A stretch of 32,000 nt of DNA from Longivirga aurantiaca (GTDB lineage: Bacteria; Actinomycetota; Actinomycetes; S36-B12; CAIYMF01), in contig NZ_JBHSTI010000008.1 in assembly GCF_042660085.1 (NCBI RefSeq), forward strand, positions 1,989,876-2,021,875. Direction: 5' to 3'. Positions 6,568-12,423 of the stretch are shown here, in pieces. Both the position numbers and the translations under genes were made by a program. Numbering within the stretch: the stretch's first letter is position 1; the number at the start of each line of letters is the position of its first letter. The notes beneath the pieces were generated by a model that searched no databases, was not told where the DNA came from, and saw nothing but the letters and a program-made list of their open reading frames with translations.

Positions 6568-8679
6568 TCACGGCAGCTGGTGCGCCACGAAGGGGGTGAC
6601 GCTGCGCGCCCCGGCCTCGCGGAGCAGAGCCCCGGCGAGCGTGGCGGTCCAGCCCGTGCGCCAGGTCTCGTCGACGAGCAGCATCGGGCCCTCAGGCACC
6701 TCGGCGCCCGGGGCGAGCGAGATGCGTGCTGCCTGCGCGCACGCGCGCCCGGCGGGCGAGAGGTCGGAGCCGGGCGGAGGCCCGTCCAGCACGATCGCGT
6801 CGAGGAGGGGGATGCCCACCCCGTGCGCGATGGTCACGGCGATCGAGTGCACGAGGCGCGGATGCCGCGAGCTCGGCACCGGCGCAACCGCCTCGAGCCG
6901 CTGCGGCAGCGACGGGAGCCAGCGGCCGAACGACCGCTCCAGTGCGGCGAGCAGCCAGTCAGGCGCCGGAGCATCGGGGGCCAGGGGCCCGGTGACCGTG
7001 GCCATCCGGTCCCACGCCGGGTCGTCGGCGAAGGCGAGCGCGCGACCGGGCGAGAGGGCGAGCGACGGCGCGATCCGTCCGCGCCATGCGGGCCGTCCGC
7101 TCGCGGCGTCGATGCCGGAGGTGAACATCTTGCGCGGCTCGAGCGGCACGACGAGGTCGCGCAGCCAGGCGCGCGCCGCCTCGCGAGCCTCGGGGTCGGT
7201 GGTGGTCGGGAGCCCGGCCGGGAGCGTGCCCGTGCACACCGAGCAGCGGCCGCACCGTTCTCCCTGCTCGGTCGGGTCGTCGAGCGAGCGCCGCAGCAGC
7301 ACCTCGAGGCAGTCCCCGCCGACGACGTACTCGCGCATGATGTCCGACTCGCGCCGGCGCACCGCGACGAGCGCGTCGTACTTCTCGTGGTCGTAGGTCC
7401 AGTCCTGGCCGGTCGCGGCCCACGACGTGCCCTCGCGCGACACCGCGCCGTCGACCGCGAGGACCTTCACGAGCAGCTCCACGCGGGTGCGGCGTACGCC
7501 GGTCGCGGCCTCGAGGGCGGGCACGCTCAACGCGCCCTGGTAGCGCAGGGCTGCGAGCACGGCGGCCGCCTCGTCGGGCCTCGGCACGCTGGCGGTGGCG
7601 AACCACTCCCACAGCCGCTCGTCCGAGTCGCCGGGCAGCAGCACCACGCTCGCCTCGGGCAGCGCGCGGCCGGCGCGGCCGACCTGCTGGTAGTAGTCGA
7701 CGGGCGACGACGGCGAGCCCACGTGGATGCAGAACGCGAGGTCGGGCTTGTCGTAGCCCATGCCGAGGGCGGAGGTGGCGACGACGGCCTTCAGCTCGTT
7801 GACCTTGAGCGCAGCCTCGATCCGCGCGCGGTCCGCGGTCTCGGTCTTCCCGGAGTATGCCGCCACCGCGTGACCGCGCTCGGCGAGGAACCCGGCGAGG
7901 CGGTCGGCGTCCGCCACCGTGAGGCAGTAGACGATGCCCGACCCCGGCAGCTGCCGCAGCGCCTGGTCGGTCCACGCATAACGGTCGAACGACGACAGCC
8001 CGGCGAGCACGCCGAGGTGCAGCGACTCGCGCGCGAGCCGGCCGCGCTGGACGAACGTGTTGGCGCCGAGCTGGTCGGCGACGTCGGCCGTCACCCGCGA
8101 GTTGGCGGTGGCGGTCGTGGCCAGCACGGGGAGGTCCGGGTTGGCCAGCAGCAGACCGGCGATGCGCTGGTAGTCGGGGCGGAAGTCGTGGCCCCACGAC
8201 GAGATGCAGTGGGCCTCGTCGATCACGAGGAGGCCGAGCTGCGGCAGCAGCACGTCGAGCACGGTCGCGGAGAAGCGCGGGTTGGCGAGGCGCTCGGGCG
8301 ACACGAGCAGGACGTCGACCTGCCCCGCCATCAGTGCGCGCTCGACGTCGGGCCAGTCGTCGAGGTTGGAGGAGTTGAGCGTGGCCGCGGTGAGCCCTGC
8401 GCGCTGAGCGGCGACGACCTGGTCGCCGATAAGCGAGAGCAGCGGCGACACCACGAGCACCGGGCCTCCCCCGGCGTCGCGGACGGCGCGCGCGGCGATC
8501 CAGTAGACGGCCGACTTGCCCCATCCGGTGGCCTGGACGACGAGCGCGCGACGCCGCTCGAGCACGAGCGCCGACACCGCCGCGCGCTGGTCGTCGCGCA
8601 CGATCGCGTCGGGCCCTGCGAGCGCGGTGATGACGCGCGCAGCCGCCGCGTCGAGCGCTGCCGCGGTCACGGCGGTCAC
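6568..8679 (-). CDS. RecQ-family (RqlH-like) DNA helicase with a tetracysteine module and a C-terminal phosphoribosyltransferase-like (ComF-like) domain
   Basis: 703 aa. Helicase motifs ATGWGKSAVYW, VIDEAHCISSWGHDFRPDY and ATTATAN. A Cys cluster (GGDC...CGRCSVC). The C-terminus has LLVDETWRTGWTATLAGALLREAGA, resembling a degenerate PRTase loop. GTG 8679 overlaps the upstream stop (GTGA). Confidence 0.85.
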   Translation of the reverse strand: MTAVTAAALDAAAARVITALAGPDAIVRDDQRAAVSALVLERRRALVVQATGWGKSAVYWIAARAVRDAGGGPVLVVSPLLSLIGDQVVAAQRAGLTAATLNSSNLDDWPDVERALMAGQVDVLLVSPERLANPRFSATVLDVLLPQLGLLVIDEAHCISSWGHDFRPDYQRIAGLLLANPDLPVLATTATANSRVTADVADQLGANTFVQRGRLARESLHLGVLAGLSSFDRYAWTDQALRQLPGSGIVYCLTVADADRLAGFLAERGHAVAAYSGKTETADRARIEAALKVNELKAVVATSALGMGYDKPDLAFCIHVGSPSSPVDYYQQVGRAGRALPEASVVLLPGDSDERLWEWFATASVPRPDEAAAVLAALRYQGALSVPALEAATGVRRTRVELLVKVLAVDGAVSREGTSWAATGQDWTYDHEKYDALVAVRRRESDIMREYVVGGDCLEVLLRRSLDDPTEQGERCGRCSVCTGTLPAGLPTTTDPEAREAARAWLRDLVVPLEPRKMFTSGIDAASGRPAWRGRIAPSLALSPGRALAFADDPAWDRMATVTGPLAPDAPAPDWLLAALERSFGRWLPSLPQRLEAVAPVPSSRHPRLVHSIAVTIAHGVGIPLLDAIVLDGPPPGSDLSPAGRACAQAARISLAPGAEVPEGPMLLVDETWRTGWTATLAGALLREAGARSVTPFVAHQLP

Positions 8680-9488
8680 GCGGGCACCGCGTCGAGGGAG
8701 TCGACGAGGGCGGCCAGGGCGGCACCGAGCCGGGCGACCTCGGCGGCCACCGGCTCGCCATCGCCGTCGAGGTACTGGTCGCGGCGGATCTCGACCATGA
8801 GCGACGACACCCGCCGGTCCTTCCCGTAGTGGCGCAGCGGCACGTACGTGCCGGCGAAGGGCTGGTCGACGGCGGTCTCCCACTCGCGGAACGCTTCGGC
8901 CGCGCGGTCACGAAGCCAGCCCGGGGTGTGCCGCTCGTCGAAGCCGAGGCACACGGCCGGGCGCGCGGCCTCGGGGTGGCGCTCGTAGGGCAGGACGTCG
9001 CGCGGGTAGGAGTGCACGTCCACCACCAGCGCACGTCCGTGCGCGTCGAGCCGCGCCGACACGAGGTCGGCGAGCGACTCGGCGTACGGCGTGAAGTAGC
9101 GCGCGAGGAGGTCTGCGCGATGGGCCGGGTCGGCGTCGCGCAGCGGCCCGAGCACCGACGTCGCGGTGTAGACCGCCCCCATGCCGATCGCGTCCATCTC
9201 CTCCGCGCCGGGCTCGGTGAACCGCTCGGGGTCGACGACGAGGCGCGAGAGCCGGTTGACGAACGACCACGGCCGGATGCGCGCCGCCGCCGCCGCGTGG
9301 GCCGCTACGACATCGGTGGACGCATCGGTCATCGCGCGCAGCTCGGCGGCGAGCGCGTCGTCGTCGAGCAGGATCCGTGCGCGGACGTCGGACGGGATGA
9401 CGGTCGAGGCGTGCGGAACGTGCAGCACCACGGACGACGAGGCGTCACCGGGGACGACGTCGAACGAGGACTGCTGCGCGGAGGCCAT
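8676..9488 (-). CDS. N-formylglutamate amidohydrolase (FGase) family hydrolase
   Basis: 270 aa. VVLHVPHASTVIPSDV, LVVDPERF and ALVVDVHSYP are typical of the FGase family. Translationally coupled to the helicase. Confidence 0.75.
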   Translation of the reverse strand: MASAQQSSFDVVPGDASSSVVLHVPHASTVIPSDVRARILLDDDALAAELRAMTDASTDVVAAHAAAAARIRPWSFVNRLSRLVVDPERFTEPGAEEMDAIGMGAVYTATSVLGPLRDADPAHRADLLARYFTPYAESLADLVSARLDAHGRALVVDVHSYPRDVLPYERHPEAARPAVCLGFDERHTPGWLRDRAAEAFREWETAVDQPFAGTYVPLRHYGKDRRVSSLMVEIRRDQYLDGDGEPVAAEVARLGAALAALVDSLDAVPA

Positions 9489-9495
9489 GGGAGCG

Positions 9496-9501
9496 ACCGT
9501 A
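9496..9501 (-). promoter_or_regulatory. Candidate -10 box TACGGT (TANNNT) 7 nt upstream of ATG 9488; a leaderless FGase-helicase transcript
   Basis: Minus strand reads TACGGT-cgctccc-ATG, with no SD. This geometry is typical of actinobacterial leaderless genes. Confidence 0.35.
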
Positions 9502-9595
9502 GGCGACGGGTGCGACGGCAGTGGGGCGGGGCGGCGCGCGCGGTCCGCGGCGGTGGGCCGCACGGACGCACGCCCGGACCTAGCATGACCACGAT

Positions 9596-9620
9596 GTTTG
9601 GCCCGCCTCCGAGGGGGTAC
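9596..9620 (+). promoter_or_regulatory. SigF/SigB-type promoter candidate P7: GTTTGG-N13-GGGTAC, upstream of the HATPase/STAS pair
   Basis: GTTTGG 9596-9601, 13-nt spacer, GGGTAC 9615-9620. This is the best match to the consensus in the window. It argues against the upstream ATG 9585 as the start of the next gene. Confidence 0.6.
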
Positions 9621-9662
9621 TGGCATCTCGTGAGGTGCGCTCGGACCAGCCGAAGGACTGTT

Positions 9663-10088
9663 GTGACGCAGAGGCGGAAGCCCGCCGCCACCGGTCGTGG
9701 TGGGGGCGCGGTGACGCTCGTCCTCGACGAGGACGGGCGCGCGGTGTGGCGATCGACTCTGCGCAGCGCGCTCACGGAGGCCGCGTCGCCTGGCACGGTG
9801 GAAGACGCGATCATCGTGGCGGGAGAGCTCGTGGCGAACGCGCTCGAGCACGGTCTCCCGCCGGCCACCCTCGAGGTGGTCGTCGAGCCTGCGGGCTCGG
9901 TGCTGGTGTCGGTGCTCGACCATGGCTCGGTCGTTCCGCTGTCACCGATGCCGATCTCGCTCGAGGCGGTGCGGGGGCGCGGGCTCCTGATCGTGGACTC
10001 CCTCACGACCGAGTGGGGCGTTCTCGAGAGCGCGAAGGGAAAGGCCGTCTGGGCACGGGTGGCCAGGGACGGCGAGGCAGGACCGTGA
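9663..10088 (+). CDS. RsbW-like HATPase serine kinase / anti-sigma regulatory factor
   Basis: N-box ELVANALEHG, G1-like VSVLDHGSV, G2-like GRGLLIVDSL. Start chosen at GTG 9663 (SD GAAGGA, downstream of P7). ATG 9585 or other GTGs are possible. Confidence 0.75.
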   Translation: MTQRRKPAATGRGGGAVTLVLDEDGRAVWRSTLRSALTEAASPGTVEDAIIVAGELVANALEHGLPPATLEVVVEPAGSVLVSVLDHGSVVPLSPMPISLEAVRGRGLLIVDSLTTEWGVLESAKGKAVWARVARDGEAGP

Positions 10089-10111
10089 AGACCAACGAGA
10101 GGCAGACCCCC

Positions 10112-10429
10112 ATGTCACCAGCACCCGTCGTGATCACGCTCGCGGGCGAGTACGACATCGCCAATGCACCCGAGCTGCTGGAGATCCTGACCAGCGGCGG
10201 ACCCGAGGCGCCCGTCGTCGCCGACCTCCGGGACGTGACGTTCCTCGACTCCGCGGCGCTGTCGCAGCTCGTGCGCGCGAACTCCCAGCTCTCGGAGGCT
10301 GGCGGCTCGCTCACGCTGGTGCTGCCGACCTCGGGGCCGGTCGCCAGGGTCATGTCGATCACGCAGCTGGACTCTGCCCTGACCACGACGGGCTCGGTCG
10401 AGCAGGCGCTCGCCGATCTCGGCGGCTGA
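10112..10429 (+). CDS. STAS-domain anti-sigma-factor antagonist (RsbV/RsfB-like)
   Basis: 105 aa. VVITLAGEYDIANAPELLE...ADLRDVTFLDSAALSQLV, with the conserved phosphorylatable Ser in the DS(A/G) context. Confidence 0.85.
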   Translation: MSPAPVVITLAGEYDIANAPELLEILTSGGPEAPVVADLRDVTFLDSAALSQLVRANSQLSEAGGSLTLVLPTSGPVARVMSITQLDSALTTTGSVEQALADLGG

Positions 10430-10450
10430 GGCGGTCGGCCGGGCTGCCGG

Positions 10451-11311
10451 TCACTCGTCGAGCAGGCCTTCGCGCAGCACGGCGAGCGACTTGGCCAGCA
10501 GCCTCGACACGTGCATCTGCGAGATGCCGACCTCCTCGGAGATCTGCGTCTGGGTCATCCCGCGGAAGAACCGCAGCACCAGGATCCTGCGCTCGCGCGC
10601 CGGCAGCTGCGCGAGCAGGGGCCGCAGCGACTCGCGGTACTCGATCGTCTCGATGCCCGGGTCGTCGGCGCCCATGAGGTCGGCCAGCGACCCGGAGTCG
10701 TCGGACGAGCCGACGTGGGCGTCCAGGCTCGTGTAGCTGTACGCCTGCGCGCCCTCGAGACCCTCGAGCACCTCCTCCTCGCTGATGCCGAGCTGCACCG
10801 CGAGCTCCGCCACGGTGGGCGTGCGTCCTGTTCGCTGTGAGAGCTCAGCCGTCGCCTGACCGAGCGACATGCGCAGCTCCTGCAGGCGCCGCGGCACGCG
10901 GATCGCCCACCCCTTGTCGCGGAAGTGCCGCTTGATCTCGCCGATGACGGTGGGCGTGGCGTACGTCGCCAGCTCGACGCCGCGCTCGAGCTCGAACCGG
11001 TCGACCGCCTTGAGCAGGCCGATCATCCCCACCTGGGTGAGGTCCTCGAGCGGCTCGCCGCGGTCACGGAACCTGCGGGCGAGGTACTGCACCAGCGGGA
11101 TGTGCAGGGTGACGAGGTCGTCGCGCGCCCGTTGGTGCTCGGCGGACTCGGCGTCGGTGCTCGCCAGCACCTCGAGCAGCTCGCGCTCGCGCGCCCGGTG
11201 GGCGTCGCCCCAGCCGCGCGGCAGCACGGCGTCGCCCGACGGCTCGTGGGCGGGCGTCACGTCCTCGTCGGTCGGCGGCGGCGCGCCCGCATGCGCCGCG
11301 GAATGGTTCAC
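10451..11311 (-). CDS. sigF: SigB/SigF/SigG-family alternative sigma factor (closest in look to mycobacterial SigF)
   Basis: Regions 2-4: EDLTQVGMIGLLKAVDRF, YATPTVIGEIKRHFRDKGWAIRVPRRLQEL, LVLRFFRGMTQTQISEEVGISQMHVSRLLAKSLAVLR. GTG 11311 overlaps the anti-sigma stop (GTGA). Confidence 0.9.
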   Translation of the reverse strand: MNHSAAHAGAPPPTDEDVTPAHEPSGDAVLPRGWGDAHRARERELLEVLASTDAESAEHQRARDDLVTLHIPLVQYLARRFRDRGEPLEDLTQVGMIGLLKAVDRFELERGVELATYATPTVIGEIKRHFRDKGWAIRVPRRLQELRMSLGQATAELSQRTGRTPTVAELAVQLGISEEEVLEGLEGAQAYSYTSLDAHVGSSDDSGSLADLMGADDPGIETIEYRESLRPLLAQLPARERRILVLRFFRGMTQTQISEEVGISQMHVSRLLAKSLAVLREGLLDE

Positions 11312-11742
11312 GACGGGTCGGCCGACGAGGTGCCGGTCGACGTGGTGCCGGTCGACGTGGTGCCGGCGGTGGCGCTCGAGCGCGACGCGCGCAGCGAGAT
11401 GGTGACGCCGTCCGGCGTCTCCTCGGCCCACAGGTCGACCACCAGCGCGGCGAGCACGGCCCAGGCGAAGCTGTCCTCGCTCGGCAGCACCGATCCCTCG
11501 CACCGGCCCGTGATGCTGATGAGGACGGCGGCGTCCTCGACGTCGAGCCGTACGTCGATCACCGAGCCCGGCTCGGCGCTCGCGGCCAGGAGTCCGGCCG
11601 CCTCTCCGACGGCCAGGCGGATGTCCTCGAGCTGCTCGAGGTCGAATCCCACGCGCGAGGCGACCGCGACCGCGGTGGAGCGCACCAGTGACACCCAGCC
11701 GGTCTCGGCCGGCACGGACAGTCGAACGGCGTTCTGGGTCAT
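11308..11742 (-). CDS. rsbW: UsfX/RsbW-like anti-sigma factor
   Basis: 144 aa immediately upstream of, and overlapping, the sigma gene, as in mycobacterial usfX-sigF. Has EDIRLAVGEAAG and DSFAWAVLAALVVDL. SD GAGGAG. No clear N/G1/G2 kinase boxes seen. Confidence 0.75.
   Translation of the reverse strand: MTQNAVRLSVPAETGWVSLVRSTAVAVASRVGFDLEQLEDIRLAVGEAAGLLAASAEPGSVIDVRLDVEDAAVLISITGRCEGSVLPSEDSFAWAVLAALVVDLWAEETPDGVTISLRASRSSATAGTTSTGTTSTGTSSADPS
11329..11366. repeat. 15-bp tandem repeat (about 2.5 copies) inside the anti-sigma 3' end
   Basis: GGTGCCGGTCGACGT x2 plus a partial third copy. On the minus strand it encodes TSTGT-TSTGT in the Ser/Thr/Gly tail. Confidence 0.8.
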
Positions 11743-11860
11743 CCGAGCTGCTCCTCGTCACCGGTGGGCATCGTGCCTGCGACGCTAACGCCGTGGCCGG
11801 GTCGCCACCAGCGCGCGCACGGTGGCGCGGACGGGGCGAGGGCACAGATCACGATGCGTG

Positions 11861-11886
11861 CTGCCCCCGATCCGGCCATCCCAAAC
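11861..11886 (-). promoter_or_regulatory. SigF/SigB-type promoter candidate P8 (minus strand): GTTTGG-N14-GGGCAG, upstream of rsbW-sigF (autoregulation)
   Basis: Minus-strand read is GTTTGG (11886-11881), 14-nt spacer, GGGCAG (11866-11861). It lies 119 nt upstream of ATG 11742. Confidence 0.45.
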
Positions 11887-11905
11887 CTCGGGCCTGAACG
11901 GATGG

Positions 11906-11959
11906 GCGATTCGTTAGTGGAATCTCGCACTCGGCCCCGAGTTTCCACTACCGAATCGC
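11906..11959. repeat. Long imperfect inverted repeat / hairpin in an AT-richer intergenic patch
   Basis: 17-bp arms GCGATTCGTTAGTGGAA (11906-11922) / TTCCACTACCGAATCGC (11943-11959) with 1 mismatch. A nested perfect 6-bp repeat ACTCGG/CCGAGT (11929-11942) lies inside. Confidence 0.8.
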
Positions 11960-12016
11960 GCGCGGATGCGCCGATAGCAGTCGCTTCGCGCGTGGCGGCC
12001 GAGCATCCTGGCCCGT

Positions 12017-12259
12017 ATGGCGGCGGCAGGGACAAGGACGCGAAGCAGGGTTCCCGCGCTGCTCGCGGGCGTCGGCAGCGGCCTGGCGGTGGTCTTCCTG
12101 CTGCTTCCGGCGAGAGGTGTCGATACCGACCCTCCCGCCTGCTCCTCCGCGCTCGGCTACTCGGTGCCCTGCGGCTCGGGCTGGGCCTTCGGCGCTGCCC
12201 TCGCTGTCGGTCTGCTCGCCGCCGGGGCGGTCGCGTGGGTCCTCGGCCGCAGGCCGTAG
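12017..12259 (+). CDS. Hypothetical 80-aa two-TM small protein with a Cys-containing loop
   Basis: MAAAGTRTRSRVPALLAGVGSGLAVVFLLL...PPACSS..VPCGSGWAFGAALAVGLLAAGAVAWVL. GC3 bias is moderate, with several rare codons. No clear SD. Confidence 0.4.
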   Translation: MAAAGTRTRSRVPALLAGVGSGLAVVFLLLPARGVDTDPPACSSALGYSVPCGSGWAFGAALAVGLLAAGAVAWVLGRRP

Positions 12260-12423
12260 CCCCCTCCCGCGACCCTGCACTCAGCCACCGATGGGCGTCA
12301 GGCGGTATGCCGTGTTCGCTTGGGGCTGAACGCTTCTCCGCGATATGGCTCCCGATCCGGATCCTACTGTCGGAGGTGGCTGAGAGGCTTTCATCAGTCG
12401 TCCAGCAGATGAGGGAGGTGACC

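Noticed and set aside
5935-8829. Very long ORFs on the opposite strand of recognised genes (e.g. 5935..8829 +, 6959..9034 -, 12490..15123 -, 19676..22705 +, 24651..27758 +, 22666..24696 +)
   Set aside because: Their translations are Arg/Pro/Gly/Ala-rich low-complexity strings typical of shadow frames in high-GC DNA. Each lies antisense to, or out of frame with, a gene that has clear family motifs and proper GC3 bias.
11803-11827. CGCCACC-N11-GGTGGCG hairpin in the putative 119-nt leader of rsbW-sigF
   Set aside because: The stem is only 7 bp with a large loop in GC-rich sequence, which is too weak to call as an attenuator or riboswitch.
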